This document shows positions 79,701-89,691 of a stretch of DNA of 248,000 bases, piece after piece (position 1 is the stretch's first letter; each line of letters starts with the position of its first letter). The position numbers and the translations under genes were made by a program. The DNA is from Hyalangium minutum. GTDB taxonomy: Bacteria; Myxococcota; Myxococcia; Myxococcales; Myxococcaceae. The notes under the pieces are model-generated. The model ran no database searches and was not told the DNA's origin. It was given only the letters and a program-made list of their open reading frames with translations. Where the stretch lies: contig NZ_JMCB01000001.1 in assembly GCF_000737315.1 (NCBI RefSeq), positions 20,001 to 268,000 on the forward strand, written 5' to 3'.

Positions 79701-82443
79701 AGCCGTACTCTTCGTCCAGCCGGAGGTACTCCACCTCCAGCGGCTTGAGGCTCTTGGCATCAGCCACGAGCTTGCCATCCCAGTCCACCACCACGCCGGT
79801 GACGGTGAAGGGCTTGCCCGCGCTCACCTTCTGCACGCCGGCCTGGAGGCCCACGTAGTAGGCCTCGGGGTGCATGGGCACCACGGCATCCCCCAGCGTC
79901 GAGCGGCCGCTGCCTGCCTCGAAGACGCTGGCCTGCGCGACCAGCTTCGCCGGGCCCTTGAAGCCGCCCGCCGTCTCACGCGCGGGGCACTCGGCAAGCG
80001 CCTGGCCCTTGTCGTTCACCTCGGCCTTCACCTGGCCCAGCGTGACGGCCTTGGCCTCGGTGGCCTTCTGGCGCCACACGCCGTAGGTGAAGTTCGCGTT
80101 CTCCTTGGGCTTGAAGTCGGAGGGCTCCAGGCGGCAGGTGAGCTCCACCGGGCTGCCCTCGGCCGAGCCACCGAACAGGTACGCGGCCTCCACCTTCACC
80201 GGCACGGGCGAGCCCTGCAGGTAGCCGGGCTTGTCCACGCTGGCCGTCACCTTCATGCGCTCGGGGACGAACTCCTCCACCTGGAGGCCGTAGCTGGCCA
80301 CCTCGCGGTCCGCCACACGCAGCGTCACGCGGTAGCTGCCCGTGTCCTGGAAGGCCTCGAAGGGCAGATCCAGCGCCACGAGGCCCGCCTCGTTCGTCTT
80401 CAGCGCCACCTTCTTGAACTCGCGCTCGCGCGGATCCACCACGCGCAGCTCCACCGGCATGCCCGCCGGAGGCGCCTTGTTGTCCTGGCCGCGCAGAATG
80501 GCCGTCACGTGGGCGGTGTCTCCCGGGCGGTACACGCCGCGGTCCGTGTAGATGGAGGCGCGGTAGGCGGCCTCGGCGCGGTACGGCTCGCCCTGCACGT
80601 CCGAGTTGGCGATCTCCGTCTTGAGCTCGCTGTACTTCAGATAGGTCAGCTCATCGCCCTTGCGAGCGATGAGGGCGAACGGAGCCGAGGTGTCCACACC
80701 CTGCGCGGGCACCTGGAGCTTGCAGCCATCCGCGCCGCTGGTGGTGCAGCGGACCACGGCCTGGCCGCTCTTCTTCACCAGGGACACCTCGACGCCGGAC
80801 AGCGGCTCGGTGGACTCCATGCCGAGCGCCCACACGAGGACCTCGGCCTGCCCATCGGCCGAGATACCGCCGCGCTTGGCCACGAGGCTCAAGTCCGTGA
80901 GGAGGATGCGCGCGGCGGCCTGAGCCTCGTCCTGCTTGACGGAGATCTCCACCACGCCCCGGGTGCTGGAGGGCACCATGCTGCCGACGTCCAGGTACGT
81001 GGTGGTGAGCGCATCCGGAGCGCCCTTCAGGGGGATCTTCTTGGAGACGATCAGGTTGGAGGTGCGCTCGTCGGCGGCCTCCCGATCGTCGTTGCTCATC
81101 CAGAAGACGAGGTTCTCGGGGGGCACGTGGCGGACGGACAGCTCCACGGACTCCACGTTGAGGTGGTTGAGGGGCAGGTTGCGCCAGGCGCTGCGAGGCA
81201 GGTAGCGGCCCGCCGAGGTGAAGGCCACCTGCGGCTTGCGAGCGCTGATGGAGTAGCGGTTCTCGAACTTGGACAGCAGCCGGCCGCCGCCCATGGAGAG
81301 GGTACCCGCGTCGATCTTCAGCGTGTACGTGCCGCGCTTGAAGTCACCGAAGATGCGGAAGCCCTTGCGCGACGGGGAGATGGAGAACTTCACCGGCGGG
81401 TTGAAGTGGATGGCATCCGCAGCGACGTTGTCGTCCAGCACGCAGCCCAGGTTCTCGTGGTCGTAGTAGTACGGATCCCACTCGCCCTCGTCCGGCGGAG
81501 GCGGCGCGTTCATCTCCGAGTCGCGGCAGTTGACCTCCATATAGAAGCCGCTGTTGCCCTCGGTGACGGCGACGCGGGTGACGTCCAGGCGCTTGCCGCC
81601 CTGGAGCTCGAAGGTGTCCTCGGCGGCGGGCGCGGTGCCACCCCCCTTGGGCGAGGTGAGCCCCGCCTTGAGCGCGAAGCGCACCTTGGCGCCCGGCCGG
81701 AGCAGGGGGCTGGTGAGCTGCGCGACGACGATGTGGCGCTGGGTGGCGTGGGAGGTGAACTTCACGTCGCTCAGCGACTTGCCCTCCACCTGGAAGCTGG
81801 CGAACTTGCGCAGCGTGTTGGGCTCCACCGGGCCGGAGAAGAGCAGCTCCGCGGTGACCAGGCCCTTGGTGACGTCGATCTGCGCCGGGGCCATGCGGAA
81901 GAAGGAGAGGCTCGGCGTCGCAAAGCTGTGGCTCCAGGCGCCCTCGGAGGGAGCCTTCACCACGCCGGAGGGCGTCTCCACGGACTCGAGGGTGACGGTG
82001 TACGTCGTCCCGAGCGCGAAGCCGTTGGCGGGGGTGAAGGAGAGCGCGGAGCTGTTTCCGTAGAACTCCAGGTTGCCGCCCACCTCGGGGGAGAAGCGGA
82101 CCACCGTCTTCTTCCCGTCATTCTCCGGGTAGGCGACGCTGCGGGGGAACTCGAAGATGACCTTGTCCGGGACGGCGCCCTCGGGGCCGAGCTCCTTGAT
82201 GACGGGAGTGTAGGACTCGGGCTTGAGGGGCTCCGTGCTGGCCTGAGGCTGCGAGCCCGGGCTGGACGTCTGGCCGGAGCTGGAGCCGGACGCAGGGGCG
82301 CCCGGGACGGGGGTGGCCGGGGTTGGCCCAGACTTCTCTTCCTTGCAGGCGGCGAGCGCGGTGCCTACCACCAGGACCGCCACCCACCACCGCGCGCGGG
82401 CGGAGCGGAGCGGACTCGGTGTGACGCGAGACTGCGAACTCAT
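76708..82443 (-). CDS. bacterial alpha-2-macroglobulin lipoprotein
   Basis: lipobox LAAC; thioester YPYGCIEQ; DRGVYRPGD; paired with pbpC. Confidence 0.93.
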   Translation of the reverse strand: MSSQSRVTPSPLRSARARWWVAVLVVGTALAACKEEKSGPTPATPVPGAPASGSSSGQTSSPGSQPQASTEPLKPESYTPVIKELGPEGAVPDKVIFEFPRSVAYPENDGKKTVVRFSPEVGGNLEFYGNSSALSFTPANGFALGTTYTVTLESVETPSGVVKAPSEGAWSHSFATPSLSFFRMAPAQIDVTKGLVTAELLFSGPVEPNTLRKFASFQVEGKSLSDVKFTSHATQRHIVVAQLTSPLLRPGAKVRFALKAGLTSPKGGGTAPAAEDTFELQGGKRLDVTRVAVTEGNSGFYMEVNCRDSEMNAPPPPDEGEWDPYYYDHENLGCVLDDNVAADAIHFNPPVKFSISPSRKGFRIFGDFKRGTYTLKIDAGTLSMGGGRLLSKFENRYSISARKPQVAFTSAGRYLPRSAWRNLPLNHLNVESVELSVRHVPPENLVFWMSNDDREAADERTSNLIVSKKIPLKGAPDALTTTYLDVGSMVPSSTRGVVEISVKQDEAQAAARILLTDLSLVAKRGGISADGQAEVLVWALGMESTEPLSGVEVSLVKKSGQAVVRCTTSGADGCKLQVPAQGVDTSAPFALIARKGDELTYLKYSELKTEIANSDVQGEPYRAEAAYRASIYTDRGVYRPGDTAHVTAILRGQDNKAPPAGMPVELRVVDPREREFKKVALKTNEAGLVALDLPFEAFQDTGSYRVTLRVADREVASYGLQVEEFVPERMKVTASVDKPGYLQGSPVPVKVEAAYLFGGSAEGSPVELTCRLEPSDFKPKENANFTYGVWRQKATEAKAVTLGQVKAEVNDKGQALAECPARETAGGFKGPAKLVAQASVFEAGSGRSTLGDAVVPMHPEAYYVGLQAGVQKVSAGKPFTVTGVVVDWDGKLVADAKSLKPLEVEYLRLDEEYGYYYDEDEGYERYQRYLRPVREGRGTAKVQGGKFQLDVTPTQDAAGFIVRVRSGAAQTDLYLEGNGRYYWYGDGEARVDQTPRPLKPASIALELPKLGKLNESIAVKFKVPYRGRVLLTAETDQVIASEWKAVEPGEVTWAFTPKTYAPNVYVSAFLVKDPHLESAEAFMPDRAFGVASVPLEPTDYTQTVKLSAPTEVRSNSTLTVNLELGPQEGPTFATVAVVDEGILSLTRFKTPDPLKELFAKRALGVETYETIGWTLLVPPGGNSRSTGGDESGAGGRVQPVKPVALWSGVLPVPANGKLTVPFQLPMYRGAVRVMAITTGPQRVGRADAQVLVRDPLVLQTTLPRFLTQNDEIQIPVFLTNLSGGPQEVKVTLTAENLPVPGMAMPAASMGSPLQMLGKSEGRTKLENGKATTLVFQAKAIQSVGAARLKVTAEAGGFTAFEQLDVPLLPAGPRERLVQRIPLEAGKVDMAQYLQGWVPTTERSTFWVTTNPYAESMQHLSYLVRYPYGCIEQTTSSTRPLLFVSQLIDNVDPSLTGDKKVEDMVMAGINRVLSMQTPSGGFAYWPGSAEPVAWGTAYATHMLLDAQKLKYPVPQDRLDDAISWLGTELNRKEGNAGRDDHYGQSAEAYMHYVLSMAGKGRKARIQKLVDELAQKKTLNGEAREEEHLLKAALYMAGDRRYEKDLKNPDLSPVTDERRNTWSFYSDRRRRGLMLSTFQDLFGNDPAGEPLAQQVAQSLIGHSSYWYTTQELVWSITGLGKRVSGAASSFTPPTLVADGKEVAPKNNEGGKTVRASDRTWALVRASERKGVTLDLKEKGEGKLFLIINSDGVRSNGDVKTGGNGLAINRTYKKLDGSTVSPGDAVNLADLLYVEVELKNTTSERIQNIALVDRLPAGWEIENARLGRGGAVEWVDSEQLWTADYVNIRDDRMEVFGSLQAGESKKVVYAVRAVTAGKFTLPPVEAEAMYDPRIWARQAGEQVEVSGPWKDFLL

Positions 82444-82690
82444 GTTTCCTCCGAAGGACGGCATCGACTTACACGCCGCGTGCCGGAGGCCCGGCATCGG
82501 CGGCGAGGGGAAGTGTGGTCGCCTGCCCACGGCCCGACGGCGCCCCCCGCGCGTCTCGGGGCCCACACGGTGGCTCGGGAGCCACGGGGCCCCTCCGCCC
82601 ACCGTCCGGGCAGCGATCGGCGGCGGACGCTAGGCGTCACGGTGACGGCGGTCAACGGTGCCCACGGGTAGGCGCTAAGGTGCACGACCC

Positions 82691-83413
82691 ATGGTGCTCC
82701 CCATCCGCTTCGTCCTGATGCGTCCGCGCAACGCGGAGAACCTCGGTGCCGCCGCGCGGGCCTTGAAGAACTGTGGCCTGTCCGAGTGGACCTGGGTGCG
82801 GCCCGAGGCGGAGGATTTGGAGCCGGCCCGGCGGCTGGCGGTGCACGCGGAGGACGTGCTGGGCGGGGTGAAGCGGGCGGACACGCTGGAGGAGGCGGTG
82901 GCCGACTGCGTGTGGGTGGTGGGGACGAGCTCCCGGAAGGTGGAGGGCAAGCGGCGCCTGTCGCCCCGGGCTGTCGGAGAAGAGCTGGTGGCCCGGGCAG
83001 CCCAGGGGCCAGTGGCGGTGGTCTTCGGAGACGAGCGCAGCGGGCTGACGAACGCGGAGGTGGAGCGATGCCACGATCTGTCCGCGGTGCCGACGGATCC
83101 GTCGCAGCCATCCATCAACCTGGCGCAGGCGGTGCTGCTGTACGCCTACGAGGTGCGAATGGCCTCGCTGGCGGCGGCGCCTCCCCCACCCGCTCCGCTG
83201 CCCGTGGCGGCCTCGGACGCGGAGCTGGCGCGCGTGGAGCAGACCCTGGAGGAGACGCTCAAGACCGGGGGCTTCCTCGTGGATGAACAACCGGGGCGCA
83301 CGGGGCTGAGGGACCTGTTCGCCCCCCTGCGGCGCTCGCGGCTCACGCGCAACGAGGCACAGCTGTGGCTCGCGGCGCTCCACACCGTCCGAAAGCGGCT
83401 GACCTCGGGCTGA
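82691..83413 (+). CDS. TrmJ/TrmH SPOUT RNA methyltransferase
   Basis: ENLGAAARA; FGDERSGLTN; SINLAQAV. Confidence 0.88.
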   Translation: MVLPIRFVLMRPRNAENLGAAARALKNCGLSEWTWVRPEAEDLEPARRLAVHAEDVLGGVKRADTLEEAVADCVWVVGTSSRKVEGKRRLSPRAVGEELVARAAQGPVAVVFGDERSGLTNAEVERCHDLSAVPTDPSQPSINLAQAVLLYAYEVRMASLAAAPPPPAPLPVAASDAELARVEQTLEETLKTGGFLVDEQPGRTGLRDLFAPLRRSRLTRNEAQLWLAALHTVRKRLTSG

Positions 83414-83458
83414 CCGGGCGGTGCTCTGATTTGACAACCTGAGCCCAAGTTGTCAAAT

Positions 83459-84073
83459 ATGTCCGGAATGACTTCCGACGCCCCCTCTCCGCGAAAGCCC
83501 CTCGACGAGGCGCGTCAGCGCAGGCTGCTGGAGGCCGCGCTGACGGTCTTCCTGCGCTACGGGTTCCGGAAGACGTCCATGGACGAGGTGGCCCGGGCCG
83601 CTCAGGTATCGAGGCAGGGGCTGTACCTGCACTTCGCGACCAAGGAAGAGCTGTTCCGGGCCACCGTCGAGTACACGCTCGAGAACTCTCTGGCCGCCGC
83701 GACCGCCGCACTGGGAGATGCCTCGCTCCGGCTGGAGGCACGGCTGGTGCGCGCCTTCGACGAAGTCACGGGCCGGCACGTCGGGATGATGGGTGCGGGC
83801 GCATCCGACCTTCTCGAGGCCGGTGGCGAAATCATCGGCCCCATGCTTGCCCGCCATGAGGAACTGTTCCTGGAAGCGGTCGCCAAGACGCTGCGTACGT
83901 CCGGGCTGCTGGCCGCCTACAAGACCGCCGGGCTCACGGCGCGCCAGCTCGCGGACACGCTCTACGCGACGTCACGCGGGCTGAAGCACAGCAGCGCGAA
84001 CCGGGAAGCCTTCGTCGCGGGAATGACGGTCGCCGTCCGCGCCATGTGCGCACCACTCGAGGAGAGCGCATGA
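83459..84073 (+). CDS. TetR family regulator
   Basis: GFRKTSMDEVA..GLYLHFATKEEL. Confidence 0.9.
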   Translation: MSGMTSDAPSPRKPLDEARQRRLLEAALTVFLRYGFRKTSMDEVARAAQVSRQGLYLHFATKEELFRATVEYTLENSLAAATAALGDASLRLEARLVRAFDEVTGRHVGMMGAGASDLLEAGGEIIGPMLARHEELFLEAVAKTLRTSGLLAAYKTAGLTARQLADTLYATSRGLKHSSANREAFVAGMTVAVRAMCAPLEESA

Positions 84074-85236
84074 AGAACTTGAGGAAGCAGAGCTGGCTGC
84101 GCTGGGGTTTGGGGGGACTGGGCGCACTGTTCGCCCTGGTCGTGGTGGGCGCGCTGGTGGACGGCTGGAGGGCCTTTGGCCAGCGGGCCATAGGAGACCG
84201 GCGCGCGAGGATGGAGAAGTCGACCCAGTGGAGCAGCGGCCACTTCGTGAACCCACAGCCGATGGTCAATGATCTGTGGGGCTCGCTGGTGGGGGCGTTC
84301 AACGCCAGCAAGGATGCCAGCCCCTCACAACCGATCCCCACGGTGCGTGGTGGCGCCGAGCGCTTCGCCACGCCCCCGCCCTCGGGCCTGCGCGTGACCT
84401 GGCTTGGGCACTCGACGATCCTGGTGGAGGTGGACGGCCACCGCATCCTCACGGATCCGGTCTGGGGCGAGCGCGCGTCGCCGCTGAGCACGGTGGGGCC
84501 AAAGCGCTGGTATGCGCCGCTCCTCGCGCTCAAAGAGCTGCCCCCGGTGGACGCCGTCGTCATCTCCCACGACCACTATGACCACTTGGACGCTCCGACC
84601 CTCACCGCGATGAAGGACTGGGACACCACCTTCATCGTGCCGCTCGGGGTCGGCGCGCACCTGGAGTACTGGGGCGTGCCCGCGTCGCGCATCATCGAGC
84701 TCGACTGGTGGGAGCGCACGAAGGTGAAGGGGCTGGAGATCGTCGCCACACCTTCGCGCCATGCCTCGGGGCGCTTCGTTACCGACACCAATGCGACACT
84801 CTGGGCCAGCTATGCGCTGCTGGGCCCCACACATCGCGTGTGGTTCTCAGGGGACACGGGGCTGTTCCCCGCGATGCGGGACATTGGCGAGCGACTGGGG
84901 CCCTTCGACCTGACGATGATCGAGTCGGGAGAGTACGGGAGTGCCTGGCCCGACTGGCACCTGGGCCCCGAGCAGGCCGTCACCGCGCACCAGATGGTCC
85001 GCGGCCGAGTGATGCTGCCGGTGCACTGGGGGCTCTTCAACCTCGCGTTCCATGGGTGGACGGAGCCAGCGGAGCGCGTGCTCGTAGCGGCGAAGCGGTT
85101 GGGGGTGACGGCGGTGTTCCCCAAGCCGGGCCAGAGCTTCGAACCGGCGGCGCCGCCTCCCTTCGAGCGCTGGTGGCCGGAGCTGCCTTGGGAGACCGCG
85201 GAGCAAGCGCCCATCGTCGCGTCGCAGATGAACTGA
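84070..85236 (+). CDS. MBL-fold metallo-hydrolase (RomA/NAPE-PLD-like)
   Basis: SHDHYDHLD; GDTG; PVHWG. Confidence 0.88.
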   Translation: MKNLRKQSWLRWGLGGLGALFALVVVGALVDGWRAFGQRAIGDRRARMEKSTQWSSGHFVNPQPMVNDLWGSLVGAFNASKDASPSQPIPTVRGGAERFATPPPSGLRVTWLGHSTILVEVDGHRILTDPVWGERASPLSTVGPKRWYAPLLALKELPPVDAVVISHDHYDHLDAPTLTAMKDWDTTFIVPLGVGAHLEYWGVPASRIIELDWWERTKVKGLEIVATPSRHASGRFVTDTNATLWASYALLGPTHRVWFSGDTGLFPAMRDIGERLGPFDLTMIESGEYGSAWPDWHLGPEQAVTAHQMVRGRVMLPVHWGLFNLAFHGWTEPAERVLVAAKRLGVTAVFPKPGQSFEPAAPPPFERWWPELPWETAEQAPIVASQMN

Positions 85237-85406
85237 TCTCCTCGCAAGAAGAAGCCATCCATGACGCAGAGGCGGACACTGATGAAGGCCGGCTGGCAAC
85301 AGGCCGCCCAAGCCCTTGCCCCCCGTACAGCCAGGGGGGCAACCCCGAGTCACCGCCGCTCTGGGGACCTACCTTCTGGAAAGCGCCATCGACCAGGAGC
85401 GACTCC

Positions 85407-85622
85407 ATGAACCACATGCCTTATGAAGACACCGGGCTGAGCGCCGGCCGGGACGAGGAGCCCAAGCGGGAGGCGCCCACGCGCGAGATGCCGGGCCGCA
85501 CGCCCCACTCCGCCGAGGGCACCGACAAGGAGCGCAAGGTGCCCGCAGGAGAGCCCGGTAAGACGCCCGGCTCGGCCGAGGGAGAGGAGCCCGACGAATT
85601 CCCCAACGCCCCGCGCTACTGA
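85407..85622 (+). CDS. small hydrophilic protein with duplicated GxTPxSAEG motif
   Basis: RBS plus ORF, coding bias. Confidence 0.5.
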   Translation: MNHMPYEDTGLSAGRDEEPKREAPTREMPGRTPHSAEGTDKERKVPAGEPGKTPGSAEGEEPDEFPNAPRY

Positions 85623-85665
85623 GATCCGCGCATCGCGCGCCGCAGCGGGTACAGTGCCGGCCTCC

Positions 85666-86478
85666 ATGGCTCGCAAGCCCCCACCTCGCCGGCACTCGGC
85701 CCCCCCTCCCAAGCATCCAAACCGCAGCCGCTGGGAGGGCAAGGCCAAGCCGGACTGGCTCTCGCGAGCGCTCGCCCGGGCAGGAGCTTTCCCCCTCGCC
85801 GAGGCCGAGGAGGCCATCCGCGCCGGACGTGTCACCCTCAACGGGCGTGTGGTGGACCAGCCACTGGCTCCAGTCCCGGAGGGAGCGGTCATCCGCGTGG
85901 ATGGAGCCGAGCTGGCCCGCGAGGTGGAGACGCGGGTGCTGGCCTTCCACAAGCCCGCGGACCTGCTCACCTCCACCGTGAGCCAGCACCGCACGGGCAC
86001 CGTGTACGAAGTGCTCCTGCCCCAGCTCCCGGATGAGCTCTCCCGCTACACGTGGCACGCCATCGGCCGGCTGGATCGAGGCACCACCGGCCTGCTGCTC
86101 TTCACCAACGACGAGAAGCTCGTGGCGCACGCCACCTCGCCAGAGACCCACCTGCCCAAGCGCTACGTGGCCACGGTGCAGGGCACGGCGGATGAATCGA
86201 AGGTCGAGCCCCTGTGCCGCGGCGTCATGCTGGAGGACGGCCCCACCCGGCCCGCGAAGGTGAAGCTGCGCGACGCCCACACCGTGGAGGTCACCGTCAC
86301 CGAGGGCCGCCACCACCAGGTGAAGCGCATGCTCGGCGCCGTGGGGTTGCCTGTGCGCGCGCTGCACCGCGAGGCCGTGGGCGGTGTGGAGCTGGACGTG
86401 GCCGAGGGCACCTTCCGCCAGCTCACCCCCGAGGAGATCTCCCTGGGCCTGCGCTACAGCGGAAGAGCGCAGGACTAG
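85666..86478 (+). CDS. RsuA-family pseudouridine synthase
   Basis: S4 domain; IGRLDRGTTGLLL; EGRHHQVKRM. Confidence 0.9.
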   Translation: MARKPPPRRHSAPPPKHPNRSRWEGKAKPDWLSRALARAGAFPLAEAEEAIRAGRVTLNGRVVDQPLAPVPEGAVIRVDGAELAREVETRVLAFHKPADLLTSTVSQHRTGTVYEVLLPQLPDELSRYTWHAIGRLDRGTTGLLLFTNDEKLVAHATSPETHLPKRYVATVQGTADESKVEPLCRGVMLEDGPTRPAKVKLRDAHTVEVTVTEGRHHQVKRMLGAVGLPVRALHREAVGGVELDVAEGTFRQLTPEEISLGLRYSGRAQD

Positions 86479-86486
86479 GAATCCCT

Positions 86487-87029
86487 CTACCAGGTGATGT
86501 CGTAGATGCAGGCGTGGGCGCCCTTCTCCCGGCAGCCCTGCTCCAGGTGCTCGACCCGCACCCACAGTGAGTCCTTGGGCCGGTAGCGCTCTCCCAGTGC
86601 CTCCAGCATGCCCTTGTCGAAGTCACACGGATAAGGGTCGTCGCAGACCATCCGTCCCCTGCGCTCTCCGGCGGGCTCATAGTGGTAGCTGCCAATGAGC
86701 CCCGCGCCTCGGTGGAACATCTGATAGCTCACGTTGATGAAGCGCAGGGCGTCATCGAGCGTGCGGACGTGGGACGGGTAGTGGAGGACGTTCTCGGAGA
86801 GCTTCCGGCCCACGGCCCTCATCGTGTTGGGGCCGATCTCCGTCTGGATCTTCCGGGTGGCATCCACGAGCCGGCTCATGGGGTACCAGGCCTCGGCTTC
86901 GATCGGGGCGAGGCCTTGCTCTGTCAGAATCTTCAGCGCCCGCTTCTGGATGAGTCCCATCGCCTGGACGATGGCTTGAAGAGCCTCTCCCTTGACCTCG
87001 ACCTGCGAAATCGAAATGCGCGCAGCCAT
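86487..87029 (-). CDS. V4R/HNOB-like hypothetical protein
   Basis: PYPCDFDKG..CREKGAHACIY. Confidence 0.6.
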   Translation of the reverse strand: MAARISISQVEVKGEALQAIVQAMGLIQKRALKILTEQGLAPIEAEAWYPMSRLVDATRKIQTEIGPNTMRAVGRKLSENVLHYPSHVRTLDDALRFINVSYQMFHRGAGLIGSYHYEPAGERRGRMVCDDPYPCDFDKGMLEALGERYRPKDSLWVRVEHLEQGCREKGAHACIYDITW

Positions 87030-87095
87030 GCATTTCCCCCTTGGAAAGAACATTTATCATAGCTTCCGGCCCCTGAGTGGAGGACAGGGACGGGC

Positions 87096-88490
87096 ATGGC
87101 TGACGACTTCGACTTGGTGGTAATTGGCTCGGGCCCCGCGGGCGAGCAGGGCGCTGTCCACGCTGCACGGCTCGGCAAGCGCGTGGTGGTGGTCGAGAAG
87201 GAGCCCGTCCCCGGTGGCACTGCGGCCAACACCGGCACCCTGCCCTCCAAGACGCTGCGCGAGACGGCGCTCTACCTCTCCGGCTACCGCGCCCGCGGCC
87301 TCTTCGGCGTGGAGACCGTGCTGAAGCGGGAGGCCACCGTCTCCGATCTCCTCTACCGCGAGCGCCGAGTGAAGGAGACCGAGCGCGCCCGCATCGACGT
87401 GAACCTCGAGCGCAACGGCGTGGAGCGAGTGCAGGGCAAGGGCTCGCTCGTGGACGCGCACACCGTCCTGGTCCAGCGCGAGGGACACCCCGATCGCCGG
87501 ATCACGGCCCGCTTCATCCTCATCGCCACCGGCTCCTCGCCCTACCGCCCGCCGCTCTACCCGTTCGATGATCCCCGGGTACACGACTCGGACGAGCTCC
87601 TCGACATCACGGCGCTGCCCAGCGCGCTGATGGTGGTCGGCGCTGGCGTGGTCGGCTGCGAGTACGCGTGCATGTTCGCCGCCCTGGGCATCCCGGTGAC
87701 GCTGGTGGACCCAAAGCCGGACCTGCTGTCCTTCCTGGACACCGAATTCTCAGGGCTGCTGCGCGAGCGGATGACGGCACTCGGCGTGCGGATGCGCCTG
87801 GGGCACTCGGTGGAGGCCATCCAGGTGCCCCAGGAGAACACCGAGCCCATCCGGCTGACGCTCGCTGGCGGCGAAATGATTGAGGTGGACCAGGTGCTGG
87901 TGGCTGCGGGCCGCTCGGCCAACACCGCGGGGCTCGGGCTGGAGCCCGTGGGCGTCAAGCTGGGCAAGCGCGGCCAGGTGGAGGTGGGCTCCACGTACCA
88001 GACGGCCGTGCCCCACATCTACGCGGTGGGAGACGTGATCGGCTTCCCGGCGCTGGCCTCCACCGCGATGGAGCAAGCGCGTGTGGCGGTGCTGCACGCC
88101 TTCGGCCAAGTGCAGACGATCTCCCCGGTGCTGCCCTACGGCATCTACACCATCCCCGAGGTCTCCATGGCGGGCGAGACGGAGCAGGGCCTGATCGCCA
88201 AGGGCATCCCCTATGTCGCGGGCCGCGCCGGGTACGTCATCAATCCCCGGGGGCAGATCATCGGAGAGGGGCGCGGCAGGCTGAAGCTGCTCTTCCACCG
88301 AGAGAGCCTGAAGCTGCTCGGGGTGCATGTGCTGGGCGAGCAGGCCTCGGAGCTGGTGCACATCGGGCTGCTGGCACTGGTGGCGGGTGCTGGAACGCAG
88401 CTCTTCGTGGAAACGTGCTTCAACTACCCGACGCTCTCCGAGATGTACAAGACGGCCACTTACGACGCGCTGCAACAACTCCAGGCCTGA
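87096..88490 (+). CDS. sthA: soluble pyridine nucleotide transhydrogenase
   Basis: GSGPAG; NTGTLPSKTLRE; FNYPTLSEMYK. Confidence 0.85.
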   Translation: MADDFDLVVIGSGPAGEQGAVHAARLGKRVVVVEKEPVPGGTAANTGTLPSKTLRETALYLSGYRARGLFGVETVLKREATVSDLLYRERRVKETERARIDVNLERNGVERVQGKGSLVDAHTVLVQREGHPDRRITARFILIATGSSPYRPPLYPFDDPRVHDSDELLDITALPSALMVVGAGVVGCEYACMFAALGIPVTLVDPKPDLLSFLDTEFSGLLRERMTALGVRMRLGHSVEAIQVPQENTEPIRLTLAGGEMIEVDQVLVAAGRSANTAGLGLEPVGVKLGKRGQVEVGSTYQTAVPHIYAVGDVIGFPALASTAMEQARVAVLHAFGQVQTISPVLPYGIYTIPEVSMAGETEQGLIAKGIPYVAGRAGYVINPRGQIIGEGRGRLKLLFHRESLKLLGVHVLGEQASELVHIGLLALVAGAGTQLFVETCFNYPTLSEMYKTATYDALQQLQA

Positions 88491-88709
88491 GCTCACCGCC
88501 TCAGGGGCTGAGATTGCTGCTCAAATGACTACGTCTGTCCACAAAGAATCCAGCAGAGACGCAGAATCTTGATCCATGTGCAGCCTTGAGTGTTGACCCC
88601 CGCCATCAATCCGGGTAAAAGTCGAATTCACCAGCTAGTCAGGAAAGCCGCTTAAGCAGGGCTTACAGACTGGTCGGCCGAAGCATCGACGGCGCTGAGG
88701 GGGTCAACC

Positions 88710-89576
88710 GTGACTACCATCTATATCTTTCCAGGCCAGGGTTCTCAGAGCATCGGCATGGGCAAGGAGCTCTTCCCCCGGTACAGCCATCTGCTGCGCC
88801 AGGCGGACGCGCTGCTGGGGTACTCGGTCGCGGAGCTGTGCCTGTCCGGCCCCCAGGAGCGCCTGAGCGACACGCGCTTCACGCAGCCGGCGCTCTACGT
88901 CATCAACGCCCTGTCCTACCTGGAGACGGTGCGCCAGACGGGCGTGCTGCCAGACTTCGTCGCGGGCCACAGCCTGGGCGAGTACAGCGCCCTGTTCGCC
89001 GCGGGCGCCTTCGACTTCCTCACGGGGCTGGAGCTGGTTCAGCGCCGCGGAGAGCTGATGGCCGCCGCGAAGGGGGGCGGTATGGCGGCGGTGATCGGCC
89101 TGTCCCCGGAGCGGCTCCAGGCGCTCCTCACGCGCCACGGCCTGGCTTCGCTGGATGTCGCCAACTTCAACGCGCCCCAGCAGACAGTCCTGTCCGGGCC
89201 TACCCAGGACATTCAGCTCGCTCGGCCGCTGCTCGAGCGAGAGGGGGCCCGAACGGTGGTGCCCCTCAAGGTGAGCGCTGCCTTCCACTCGCGGTACATG
89301 CGTGACGCGGCGACAGCGTTCTCGCAGTTCCTCGCGAACTACCAGTTCGCGGAGCTGAAGATCCCGGTCATCTCCAACGTCGAGGCCGCTCCGTATCAGG
89401 ATGCACGTGTCGCCGAGACACTGGTGAAGCAGCTCGTCAGCCCCGTCCGCTGGGTCGAGAGCGTCGAGTTCCTCCTCAAGCAGCCGAACCCCCAGCTGCG
89501 CGAGGTGGGACCGGGCCAGGTCCTCACGGGTCTTACCCGGCAGATTGCCCAGCAGCCGCTGCGCGCCGTCTCCTGA
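88710..89576 (+). CDS. trans-acting malonyl-CoA:ACP transacylase
   Basis: FPGQGSQ, GHSLGEY, AFHSRYM. Confidence 0.92.
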   Translation: MTTIYIFPGQGSQSIGMGKELFPRYSHLLRQADALLGYSVAELCLSGPQERLSDTRFTQPALYVINALSYLETVRQTGVLPDFVAGHSLGEYSALFAAGAFDFLTGLELVQRRGELMAAAKGGGMAAVIGLSPERLQALLTRHGLASLDVANFNAPQQTVLSGPTQDIQLARPLLEREGARTVVPLKVSAAFHSRYMRDAATAFSQFLANYQFAELKIPVISNVEAAPYQDARVAETLVKQLVSPVRWVESVEFLLKQPNPQLREVGPGQVLTGLTRQIAQQPLRAVS

Positions 89577-89609
89577 CAGCTCCTGATCCGCGTGTCAGGG
89601 CAGCCGTCC

Positions 89610-89643
89610 AAAAAAGCGCTCCTTGAGCGCTTTTTTCGTTTTT
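89610..89643 (+). terminator. intrinsic terminator-like hairpin between the AT gene and PKS1
   Basis: AAAAAAGCGCTC-CTT-GAGCGCTTTTTT then CGTTTTT. Confidence 0.7.
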
Positions 89644-89691
89644 CCGGGCCCTTGTCATAAAACGGACGCCGCTCCCGCTCTGGACCTTCCC

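Noticed and set aside
73957-82671. 2904-aa plus-strand ORF
   Set aside because: Antisense shadow of the alpha-2-macroglobulin and pbpC genes; no motifs, typical of high-GC codon bias
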